Origin: Octopus bimaculoides
Taxonomy: Eukaryota
Reading direction: 5' to 3'
DNA: 55,075 nt
NCBI RefSeq assembly: GCF_001194135.2
Contig: NC_068986.1
Coordinates: 110,085,352-110,140,426 of the forward strand
Shown: positions 24,063 through 35,371 of the stretch, in pieces
How the letters are laid out: each line of letters opens with the position of its first letter
Numbering within the stretch: position 1 is the first letter of the stretch
The notes under the pieces: generated by a model
Told to the model about the DNA's origin: nothing
Databases searched by the model: none
What the model saw: only the letters and a program-made list of their open reading frames with translations
Made by a program: the position numbers and the translations under genes

Positions 24063-25343
24063 TTGGGTTGTCCGGAAAGTTCGTGCCGACGTATAGCAGC
24101 TTGCCTTTCGACTTATTTTAGAACATGGTTGAGTCCATAAAATAGGATTTGGCTACACCTCCATTTAGAGCACAGTTTACGCAATATTTTCGTAGAAGAA
24201 GATTTATGTTACTATAAACTGTGTTAATTCTGTAACCCTTTAAAATAGAAGATAAAGTTCATTTTCGGCACTTGATGCTTTTCTTTTTCCGTAAAGGGAG
24301 AAATGCCTCACAAGCAACCAAAAAAATATGCGCAGTTTACGGTGATGTTTCTTTATCCGAAAGAACTGTACGGAAGTGGTTCGCAGGGCTCCGAGCTGGA
24401 GATTGTAGCCTTGTTGATAAAGAGCGATCAGGCAGACCATCCACTACAGATGATGGCCAAATCAAGTCATTAATTGAGAATAACCCACATTACACAACCC
24501 GAGAATTGGCAGAAAGCCTCAACCTATCAAAATCCGTCGTTCATGAGCACCTGGCAAAGCTTGTGAACAAAAATCGCTACGATGTTTGGGTACCACATGA
24601 GTCAAGTGAGAAGAACTTTTTGGATCGCATTTCCATCTGTGATTCGCTTTAGAAACGGAATGAAGACATGCCTTTTTTAAAGCAAATTGTGACAAGTGAT
24701 GAGAAATAGATTATCTACCGAAATATTCAGAGAAAGCGATCCTGGAGTAAGCGACATGAGCCACGCTTAGCCACCCCAAAAACGGGTCTTCACCCTAAAA
24801 AAGTCTTGCTTTGTGTCTGGTGGGTTTGGAAAGGAAATTTGTACTATGAGATTCTCCCAAGTAACGAAACAATTAATTCTGAGAAATACTGCACACAACT
24901 GGACGAGTTAAAAGCAGAAATTCAAGAGAAATGTCCAGAATTGGCCAACAGGAAGGATGTTGTTTTCCAACATGATAATGCAAGACTGCATGTTTCTTTG
25001 GGAACCAAACAAAAATTGCTGCAGCTCGGTTGGGATGTGTTACTCCACCCTCCATATTCACCAAATATTGCTCCTTCGGATTTCTACTTATTCAGGTCTC
25101 TGCAGAATAGTCTTAATGGTAAAAATTTCAATTCCTTGGATGACGTAAAGAGATACCTTGATGAATTCTTTGCCATGAAACCACCTCAATTCTTGGAAGA
25201 GGGTATTTTCAAGTTAAAGGAAAGATGGAGACGCATTGTGCAACAAAATGGTTCATATTTGGTTGATTAAAAATGTAATGGCAAGTATTTATTGACCCTT
25301 TTCTTCCCTTTAAAAATCAGCACGAACTTTCCGGACAATCCAA
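24063..25343 (+). mobile_element. Full-length mariner transposon (1281 bp), mellifera-subfamily-like
   Basis: 27-bp TIRs TTGGGTTGTCCGGAAAGTTCGTGCCGA with 2 mismatches; TA at 24061-62 and 25344-45. Confidence 0.97.
24245..25270 (+). pseudogene. Mariner DD34D transposase, frameshift-free; start ATA, premature TAG at 24650 and 24707
   Basis: HFRHLMLFFFRKGRNASQA, WVPHE, TSDEK, HDNAR, YSPNIAPSD; 34 residues between D2 and D3; track ORFs 24272-24652 and 24806-25270 share one frame. Confidence 0.95.
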
Positions 25344-25491
25344 TATATATANNNNNNNNNNNNNNNNNNNNNNNNNNNNNNNNNNNNNNNNNNNNNNNNN
25401 NNNNNNNNNNNNNNNNNNNNNNNNNNNNNNNNNNNNNNNNNNNNNNNNNNNNNNNNNNNNNNNNNNNNNNNNNNNNNNNNNNNNNNNNNNN

Positions 25492-25551
<60 letters not shown>

Positions 25552-26736
25552 TGTTTGTCCCTCCAACATCGCTTGACAGCCGATACTTGTGTGTTTACGT
25601 CACCGTAAGCTAGCGGTTCGTGAAAATAGACTGATAGAATAAGTACTAGGCTTACAAAAAATAAGTCCTGGGGTCGATTACCTGAACTAAAGGCGGTGCC
25701 CCAGCATGGCCACAGTCAAATGACTGAAACAGGTAAAAGAACAAAATAAAATAAAAGCATTAATTACAACGCTGTGTCTAATTAATTAAGTGTATTCTTT
25801 TTATGCTGCAATTAATTTCTCAGAACAATTTGAAGAACGCTGCTTCTGTAGAATTCTATGACACCAAAAGCAGATGACGAAATAGCAATTTGCAAGAGCT
25901 TAAGCATAAATCCATTGGAATTAAAAATAAACTAGAAGATGATCGTGAGTTGTAGAGAAATTGGAAACAGAAAGAACAACGAAGGTCTTAAAATGACGTG
26001 GACATAGAAAGTTAGAAGAAGGCAACCAGCTGGAACGAAATGGCAAACTATGCCGTTTTATTTTCGGATAAAGCTTTGGTTTTATACTGGGGTAAAATAC
26101 CAAGATAAACAGTGCAGAAAAGGAAGTGAAGTATTATAGAAGATGTAAAGGTAAGGAACTAGTTAATTAATTAAAAGTGACGTAGACAGTTATTTGTAGG
26201 AAAAATCAATCTATACAGGAAAAGCAAAGTAAAATAGGTGAAGCTTAATAAAGATGAAAACTGATAGATGCTTTAATTGTAATTTGTTGGTTGGAGTTGA
26301 ATAATAATAATAATTGAATCTTACTCTCACTAAATTAGATTTTTTAAAAAAGGTAAAAGATAGAGAGAACTTTGTGACGATCAAAGTTCTAGGTTAATAA
26401 GGTGTTGTTAAGTTTCTCTCAAATATAATTACAAATTAGGAAAGTTATGTAATTTGTAAAAAAAAAAGACTGTCTTTTATATGTAATACGTTATTGATTT
26501 ATGTATCAACGAACTAAATGTTGAAAGAACTTACCGTCTGTGATGTGTGCGAATAGAGAAGAAGCAATATGATAGAAGGCAAAGATTATTAAAACTATGC
26601 TAATATATCCAAAGGAAGCAGGGATGTGTGTTAGATATTATTTTTAATATGTAGACGTATTTTAAAACATATGTGTATTGGGCTCTAACAACAGGTTATT
26701 AGTATCACCATGACTAAGTGAAATCATCATATATAT

Positions 26737-26776
<40 letters not shown>

Positions 26777-27234
26777 NNNNNNNNNNNNNNNNNNNNNNNN
26801 NNNNNNNNNNNNNNNNNNNNNNNNNNNNNNNNNNNNNNNNNNNNNNNNNNNNNNNNNNNNNNNNNNNNNNNNNNNNNNNNNNNNNNNNNNNNNNNNNNNN
26901 NNNNNNNNNNNNNNNNNNNNNNNNNNNNNNNNNNNNNNNNNNNNNNNNNNNNNNNNNNNNNNNNNNNNNNNNNNNNNNNNNNNNNNNNNNNNNNNNNNNN
27001 NNNNNNNNNNNNNNNNNNNNNNNNNNNNNNNNNNNNNNNNNNNNNNNNNNNNNNNNNNNNNNNNNNNNNNNNNNNNNNNNNNNNNNNNNNNNNNNNNNNN
27101 NNNNNNNNNNNNNNNNNNNNNNNNNNNNNNNNNNNNNNNNNNNNNNNNNNNNNNNNNNNNNNNNNNNNNNNNNNNNNNNNNNNNNNNNNNNNNNNNNNNN
27201 NNNNNNNNNNNNNNNNNNNNNNNNNNNNNNNNNN

Positions 27235-28570
27235 TAGTTGAATTTGACAAAGAAAGACAAAAGACGAAGACAGGTGTGTAAACAACAAACAGGTGTATTA
27301 GTTTAACGCTCGGGAAGGTGAGAAAGTCTTTTACGTTTCGAGCCTAAGCACTTCAACAGAAAGGAACAAGAGAAAATAAACATACAGAAAATTAAAAAAA
27401 AGCTTTATACATATATGTGTGTGAGTTTGTTTGTGTGTGTGTGTGTGTGTGTGTGTGCGCTTGTGTATCTGAAAGGAGTGTCAATAGAAAAGAGATGGAA
27501 AGAAAGAAGGAAGAGCGAAAGAAAGAAGAAAAAACGTGTTTACATCTATACAGCTGGTCAGTTGTTTCAATAGAAGATGACAAGTTGGTTCTTAGTCTTT
27601 AAAAATGGTAAAACCAGGTGGCTGATCTAAGGGGGTGGGGTCTGTTTTGATGAGGAATAATAAAAGTTATTTTTAAAAAAAATTGTCTGGACTTATCATC
27701 ATCATCACTGTCCAGTGAGAGTGTGTGTGTGTGTGTGTTTTTGTATGTGTGTGTATGTGTGCGTGTGTGAGTGTGTGCCTGTGTATCTGAAAGGAGAGTC
27801 AATAGAAAAGAGAAGGAAAGAAAGAAGAAAAAACGTGTTTACAGCTGGTCAGTTGTTTCAATAGAAGATGACAAGTTGGTTCTTAGTCTTTAAAAATGGT
27901 AAAACCAGGTGGCTGATCTAAGGGGGTGGGGTCTGTTTTGATGAGGAATAATAANNNNNNNNNNNNNNNNNNNNNNNNNNNNNNNNNNNNNNNNNNNNNN
28001 NNNNNNNNNNNNNNNNNNNNNNNNNNNNNNNNNNNNNNNNNNNNNNNNNNNNNATATATTTTTTCAAGAGGAATGAAGATAAGGAACAATTCTTTACAAA
28101 AATGAAGATATTTGGATGAGTAATAATGTACAAGGGAAAGTGTCTTGAGAAGGAACTCAATGAAACAGATATGCATACAATTTCTTGTACATTATGAGGT
28201 CATTATTACGTAGAGTAAGCTAATTGTTCCAGAGGGGTTTATCGGGAAGGTGCTGTGATTTTCATATTTTCAGCCATTCAGTTTGGGGGAGAATTTTGTT
28301 ATGAAGTGTTGTTCCAATTTTTTTTTCTATGAAGAAGGTGTCATTCCTTGGGCATTTATAGAAGGGAAAGATCTTAAATTTTCCTTCTCCACATGTTTCT
28401 AAGTGTTTACTCAGTGGAATCTTTCGCAGTTCCTCCTGTCGGTGACTTACACTGTTTTTATCAATGGATTCTTACTTAAATCATTTTCAACCATCCTTTC
28501 ATCCATTTGATATTTTCGACTAATGCAATATTGACAGTGAATGTATAATAATTTTCTCATTGATTCCAAA
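27235..28570 (-). mobile_element. Penelope-like element 3' region (GIY-YIG end, duplicated 3' segment, terminal repeat with hammerhead-like core)
   Basis: LLYIHCQYC..LRKIPLSKHLETCGEGKFKIFPFYK..EQHFITKFSPKLNG* at about 28270-28560; CTGTTGA..GCTCGAAAC at 27333-27359; crosses one N-gap. Confidence 0.75.
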
Positions 28571-29068
28571 TACGGACATACAATTTCATACGAAACCATG
28601 CGAGTATATTTATGTTTTATATTTTATATTGTATTTACCTTATTTATATTTACGTATATTTTTATGAAGTATTCCAGTCATGAGAAATCTACTGACGAAA
28701 TGAACTTTGACTCCTGGAATTTGTTCTCTATGTATTAATCGTTATGTATGTATATATATATATATATATATATATTGTGTATGTGTGTGCGTGTGTGTGT
28801 GCGTGTGTGTATGTCTGTGTGTATACATTTTATGGATCTTAAAGTATGCAATCTCCGATAAGCTTATTTGGTATTACTTCAGTTTAATTCGAAATATGTT
28901 TTCTGATTAAATATTAAATGTACACATATCATGACGTTGAGTTGTAGACAATGGAGTGTTGTCATTGTAAGTTAAACATAATTTAGTCTATAAAAACAGC
29001 CATTACTTAGAAATGCTAATTCGAAGAGATAAATTTATAGGTATTAATTTTTTTCATCATTTCTTCAG

Positions 29069-29191
29069 CAAGAAGTTGTCAAATGAAAGACTTAGTGACA
29101 GACGGAGTTAAATGCAAAGAAAAGGCAGAAAATGATGTGCTTTATACACTGGCCAGAGTAGAAAATATGCAAAAATTGACTGAGATTGAAA
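29069..29191 (+). CDS. Candidate internal coding exon, unknown product
   Basis: Polypyrimidine acceptor TTTTTTTCATCATTTCTTCAG, 123-bp phase 1-1 open frame RSCQMKDLVTDGVKCKEKAENDVLYTLARVENMQKLTEIE, donor AAA|GTGAGA; no homology recognised. Confidence 0.3.
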
Positions 29192-29766
29192 GTGAGAGAA
29201 TTAAAATGTGTGTGAAGTTCGCTTTATGCTGTTTAGACCAGGATAAGAATTAGGAACGATCATACGAAGAATAGAAAACACCGTAATCTTACGGTTTTAC
29301 TATAGACATTCAGGTAAAAATAACTTCTAACGTAATCAATGTTACATGTAAATCATTATACCAATTACGTTGTAATAATTTGTAAAAAGAGTGTCATTAT
29401 CATTAATTAAATTTTAACTATTATTGATACATTCAATAGAACATTCGAGAAATGTTATTAGCAAAAAGCATTTTTAATGGTACAAGAGTCTGTGTGGTTA
29501 TATTAAGTTGTGATCCATTATTTTCATCGGCTGGTACCACTGCTACATTTTGAAAATTTTTAGTTTTGGCATTTGGACTAAAATCAAAGTAAATATTTTA
29601 CTATAAATACAAAATCTGATAATTTTAGGTGAGAAATCTGTGAAAGGTCTCACCTGCCGTTTTTAAAAGGAGTTGCATGTTTTACAATAGCTACAACTCT
29701 ACATATTTTTGACGACAAGGGGACACTAGTATATTCCCCCACATATATATTATAACTACATACACA

Positions 29767-29829
<63 letters not shown>

Positions 29830-29878
29830 ACAGAGTCACAAACGCAGACATACACACATACATACACATATATATATA

Positions 29879-30041
29879 CGACGGGCTTTCTTCAGTTTCT
29901 GTCTACCAAATCCACTTACAAGGCTTTGGTCGGCTCAGAGATATAGAAGAAGACACTTGCCGAAGGTGCCATGCAGTGGCACTGAACTCGGAGCGATATG
30001 GTTAGTAAGTAAGCTACTTACCACACAGCCACTCCTGGGCC
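29879..30041 (-). mobile_element. SINE family B head adjoining a (CA)/(TA) tract
   Basis: Reverse complement of 23861-24024. Confidence 0.88.
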
Positions 30042-30057
30042 TATACATATCCAAATT

Positions 30058-30215
30058 GCAAGTTCAGGTTTATACCTGTAATAACTGGGGCACCGGAGAT
30101 TTGTACCAGTGCCTAAATACCAACTTTGAGAAGTTAGGCTACTCAAAACCAGAAATGAGAAAGCTGATTCGAAGACTACAGCCATCAGTGGAACTTTTAA
30201 GTATAGATGAGCATG
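30058..30215 (+). mobile_element. RLE-LINE C-terminal fragment (same family as 39845-40380)
   Basis: FRFIPVITG..CLNTNFEKLGYSKPEMRKLIRRLQ. Confidence 0.75.
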
Positions 30216-30443
30216 TTTAGATATGCAAACATATGCATGAGAAGACAAACTTGAAACAAAAATTACAAATGTGCACGTATGCATATAAACAAAAATACCC
30301 TGTTGTTGATGTTGAAATTCCAATGAAGGAGCGTCGAATCTAGGTTAGAGACCGGTTCTTTCTCTATGGAGCAAAAAACCTTTAAATAAAACTGAACGAC
30401 ACACTGACATATATGTATATAAAAAACACTTTTATAAGAATAG

Positions 30444-30490
30444 AGCTGACTGACTCGATGTTTCGGCCTGCTAGACTACATCTGACAGCC
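30444..30490 (-). ncRNA. Decayed type I hammerhead ribozyme
   Basis: GCTG--T CAGATGT AGTC-tagca-GGCC GAAAC ATCGA GTC AGTCAGC: GUC site, near-palindromic stem III, stem I restored by a 2-nt insertion; core has 2 substitutions. Confidence 0.5.
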
Positions 30491-30643
30491 TGATAAAAGA
30501 GAGGCAGTTGGAAATTCTCGAAGTCACTGTTACTTCTCTTTTTTAAAAGTATAATAGATATATAACCTACAAAAAACTAGTGAGTAGTTGTTTATGTTCA
30601 TGTTAGATTGTTTGTATTATGACTCTATACGAAACAAACATTG

Positions 30644-30715
<72 letters not shown>

Positions 30716-31812
30716 ACACACATGAGCGTAGGTGTGTATGTTTGTGTGTAGTGCAAAGATGTACAAGTGCATCAGGATAGATTCCAGATGCACAACATGT
30801 CATCAACACACATTTCCCCCATTTTTTTTTTATCAAAATCGTAAAGCAGCCCACGCTTCCGATAAAACAAAATATTATCACACTACACAATAATAATACA
30901 CTAGATCAATAGATCGATGAAGCTCTAACTGTACATTGATCGGTAGAAATCAGAGATCAACTGAGAGGAAAGTATGTGGTACAAAATCTCTTTAGTAATC
31001 TAAGATATTACAGTTACTAGAGGATCTTTTTTTTTCTTTTACTAATATTATAACAGAATTAAAAAGAAATACAAAAAAAATACCCTTCTTATTGTGATAT
31101 TAAATTAACTTCTCGAGAAACTTTGACAAAATATATTCTTTATTATTAAAATGTTTGATGTGTTCGAAATTGCTATCAAATTCCTTGAGATGAAAGTTTT
31201 TTGGGCGTTGATATTAACTTTGTAAATTGTTCCTTTATTAAAGCGCTGTTGTTTCTGTTGATTCAGTTTCTGTTGTGCAGTTTCTATGACGGTGACGACG
31301 CCACGCTGTTATCTATATATGAACTAATCGTCTTAGTAGTCTCTTCAAAATACCACCCACACATTCAGCCGCATTTATCCTCACATACACATACATGCAG
31401 GCGTATTTATTTACATATATGTCTGTACAGATGCATGCATACATACATATATACGCACACACACATACATACAAACACCCCCCACACACACACACAAACT
31501 GACGCACAGACGCACACACACGCAGGCACTCGAGCGCATATGTTTGTGTGTGTATGTATATATACATGTGTGTGTGTGTATGCATGTATATATATATATA
31601 TATGCTTCCATGTATGCATGTAAGTATATGCCTTCGTTCAAAGATGTATTGGTAGATACCAAAGGAACCAGTACAAATTCGTTCGTCTTGTAGCACTTTG
31701 ACAGACATTAAAGAACGTTCTGGGTTGAAGAACACAGCAGAAAGCCGGTGCATTATCGTTGATGAATTGTCGCTGTAGTAGTAGTAGTAGTAGTAGTAGT
31801 AGNNNNNNNNNN

Positions 31813-31856
<44 letters not shown>

Positions 31857-32280
31857 CTACATAAGAAGGACAGTACATTATTAATCAAGATTTGTTCAAA
31901 TGTTAACCTTATAATTACATGCAATACATATCATTAGATGTGAAGCAGTGATTCGTGAATTCATTTTCGTTGACATTTCATTCGTGTTTCCAATAATCAG
32001 CCTCGTTCTAATGTACAAGTTTACGGAAATAAATTCGTACTGACTGGTCGCCATTAAAAGTCGAGCTATTTTTGATATTTTAACAACAGTTTTTGATTGA
32101 AAAGATTTTCTTGGAATGTATCTAAATTATTTCAAACGATGAAATTTCCATTCTCCATTTTATTTACAGGGTAATTGAAATATTTTTTTTTTATTTGTTT
32201 CGATTTTCAAAATATTCTCTTCCTCTTTTACGAACAATCACATTCACAAAAATACAAACATGCACACAACATACAAGCAT

Positions 32281-32327
<47 letters not shown>

Positions 32328-32829
32328 TATACACACATACATATGCTTTACACAAACATACATACACTAGCATCAAACACTTATTTACAACCATACACAT
32401 ACTGACATCCAATGGAGTTAAACACATCCATACGCATCAATAAGATATACTCAAATGTATTCATACATACACTGATATTAGCGGAATTCAAGCATAAATA
32501 GACATTAACGCATACATATACACTCACTAGTATATGATATAGTTAACACACACAGAGATACACACCAGTATTTGATATATTTTAAAGCCTCTGCATCCGC
32601 ACTCATATATGAAATTCCTAAACAGATCTTACACTCTCGCGCACGCACGAACGCACGCTCGCACATTGTCTTTTGTGATCCTTAAACGTTTCCTACGCTC
32701 AACTTTCGATATAGATTTATAGTATATCCCTTTGTGCACTGGCATGAGGTTCTCACCCCTACAAACACTTGTATCAATTATACTTAAACCCAGCCATTCA
32801 TAGACGCAAACATTGATTTATAATTTCAG

Positions 32830-32892
32830 CACAAAATCATGTTTCGTGGCTGAAGTCATGCAGTCGATGGAAACAAACCAAGTATATTACAG
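32830..32892 (+). CDS. Weak candidate 63-bp symmetric exon
   Basis: TATAATTTCAG acceptor, CAG|GTATCT donor, two frames open; no homology recognised. Confidence 0.15.
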
Positions 32893-32999
32893 GTATCTGA
32901 GTCATTGAATCCAGCGAACTAAAAGCTTTGGGGAAGGAAAATAAAAATTGTGACATAGGGTTGCGTGCTGCACTGTCACGACATGCTTTTCACACGTAT

Positions 33000-33150
33000 G
33001 CAGTCACATCAATACATTGATATAAGCTAAAATGCTTTGCAGTATTTATTGCAGCTCTCCACGATCAGAGTTCAAATCTCACTCAAGGTAGCCTTACCTT
33101 TTATCCTTTGGGAATTCATATATAAGATATCAGTCAAATACTGATGCCTA
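33000..33150 (+). mobile_element. Diverged SINE family A copy (another at about 22140-22290, minus)
   Basis: GAGTTCAAATCTC B-box and TTTATCCTTTGGG segment collinear with family A. Confidence 0.55.
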
Positions 33151-33191
33151 ATCTTCTTCCCTCTCTCTCATATTCTCTTCCTCCCTCTGTT

Positions 33192-33227
<36 letters not shown>

Positions 33228-33511
33228 TGCTCGTCTGTTTGCTTGTTTCTTTTTCTGAACAAACCGGTTGTTGCCAGCTCTAGTCCACGTGGGAGCTTTG
33301 GCACCAGTAAGAAACAATTATGAACTTTTCTTTTAATTACATTTTTTAGAAAATATGTATTTTTGATAAGGTTCGTTTTTTCAAGAACCGAAACATGTAA
33401 AATATCTCTGAGAAAATTATAAATTAAAATTTATTTTATATAGTGGCGTTTTCAAACTTCTTTTTTATAAATATATACCCACTCGTATGCCACCTACACT
33501 TTATATATATA

Positions 33512-33580
33512 TACGACGGGCTTCTGTCAGTTTCCGTCTACCAATCCACTCACAAGGCCCGATGCTATAGTAAGAAGAAC
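33512..33580 (-). mobile_element. SINE family B internal fragment
   Basis: ACGACGGGCTTCTGTCAGTTTCCGTCTACCAATCCACTCACAAGGC next to (TA)n. Confidence 0.75.
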
Positions 33581-34097
33581 TCTATAAGGTATAGAGTTGA
33601 ATTTCGTATAGCCACCCGTTGGCAACTTTCTTCCGCCACCCGTTATGTAGGAGGTGTTGCCCATTTTTCTGGGTTCTTTTCACAGCTATACTCCGTTCGA
33701 AATTTGCCTTAGTTTTTGTATGAAAAAAAAAGGAAGGGAGGGCGCCTTGTTTATAGCATGTAGAAAAAATGTTAAACTTGCCTGAAAAAAAAACATGGTC
33801 TTTCCCGCCAACTAAAAGACATGAAAATCTATGAAACAAGGTGAATAAGTAGCAGGGGTGGGGGAAAGAAAAGAGAACTAACACTCGATCCTTCTCGAAC
33901 TCCCAGAATGAAAATCTAAACACTTGAAAGACTTTCTTTCTATTTATTACTAATTCTCTTTCCCTCTTTTTCATTGTTAAAAGTAAAGAAGCTAGGAAAG
34001 ATCGATCGTATTTCAGTCAAATTGTCATTTTAAATGACTGAGGCTTTCCTTTGTCTGTCTCTATCGCGTCACTCCTTTTCTCTACGGTTAAGAGAGT

Positions 34098-34360
34098 GAA
34101 GGTGCGTGGCTCAGTGGTTAGGGGTATTCGGTCCACGATCATGAGGTCATGTGTATGATTCCCGGCGATGCGCTGTACTCTTGAGCAAGGCACTCTACTC
34201 TCACCTTGCTGCAGTCCACTCAGCTGGCAAAAATAAGTTGTAGCTGTAATTCATAGGGACCAGTCTTGTGATATTTTGTGTGATGCTGAATCTCCCTGAG
34301 GACTACGTTAATGGTATGCATGTCTCTGAAGTACTCAACCACTTACGCATTAATTTTATC
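34098..34360 (+). mobile_element. tRNA-type SINE, family C (V/Meta-like central motif)
   Basis: A-box-like TGGCTCAGTGG, central CTTGAGCAAGGCACT..GTCCACTCAGCTGG; 3' part shared with 35372-35752. Confidence 0.75.
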
Positions 34361-34750
34361 CTCATGTGGTAATGAAAATGAAAATGACATCCAATAGTTG
34401 CTGTAGTTATTTGACTTTGGTTTAACAATGTGTCTATGAATCTATGTATCTACTTTTCTTTCGATGTATGTATCAGTCAACTCTGAAAATACTGATAAAC
34501 ATTTAAAAACACAACACGAACGCCCCCCACCTTTCCATCACCGATCAATTTCTCTCTCTCTTTCTCTCAATCCCTTTCTGTCCCTCCTCTCTTCTCCATT
34601 TCATTCAACAATGCATGTATGACTCTTTGTGTGACTCTGCTTTTCTTTCGATGCACCAGACGACTCTGAAAAACTGGTAAACATTTAATAACAATAAAAT
34701 GAACGCCATCATCATTTCAGTCACCGCTCGCTGACTCTCTCACTCTCTCA

Positions 34751-34783
<33 letters not shown>

Positions 34784-35004
34784 ACTTCCTCTCTGTCTCT
34801 CCTCTCCCCCCCTCTGCCACTCACTTTTTCGTTGTACCTCTCTCTTCAAACTTTTTACCTCTTCCTTTGATGTAAGTGTGACACACACCACAGGTACGTA
34901 CGTACGTAAAAGAACCAAAAGTTAGCATAGTAATATTATTGATAAAACGCGCGCGAACACACGCACACAGAAACACACACGCGCGCGCACACACACAGAT
35001 ATTT

Positions 35005-35362
35005 TTGCTAATGCCTTTTAAATCTCAGAGTGAATTCGTCAGGGTTGTTGAACTTCATCTCTCTACTACCTGCTTCTCCCGCTGCCAACTCTATGTTAGT
35101 TGCTCACGAGTTGGAAGCAGTAACAATTTATTCATTTGGACACCAACAAAAAATTACATAATGAATATTGTTTACACTGAGGTGCTTCAAGATTGGCAGA
35201 TTTTCAGCTCTAAATTCTATTATCATCACAATTTGGATATTTTAAAATGAAATATAAATGCTTTGAAATAATGATGAGAAACAAAATATGTCTTCATATT
35301 TATCGTTTACTAATCTGGGTAAGAACAGCAGTAAGCCGGGCAGCGTCCAATAATTCCGCTAG
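35005..35362 (+). mobile_element. Helitron 3' end (Pif1-type helicase motif VI plus terminus)
   Basis: KSQSEFVRVVELHLSTTCFSRCQLYVSCSRVGS..NIVYTEVL matches the KSQGQ..PCFSHGQLYVACSRV pattern; degenerate GC-rich subterminal segment then CTAG|T at 35359-35363. Confidence 0.82.
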
Positions 35363-35371
35363 TTCTCTATA

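Larger units (their letters stand above)
23861..25740 (+). mobile_element. SINE family B (head 23861-24024, tail 25551-25740) split by a mariner inserted in its internal microsatellite
   Basis: Head and tail collinear with the unsplit minus-strand copy at 14775-15170; an N-gap lies within. Confidence 0.8.

Noticed and set aside
31660-31772. Possible minus-strand exon after (TAC)n (DNSSTIMHRLSAVFFNPERS...)
   Set aside because: The acceptor is made by the microsatellite edge, the donor is weak and no protein is recognised.
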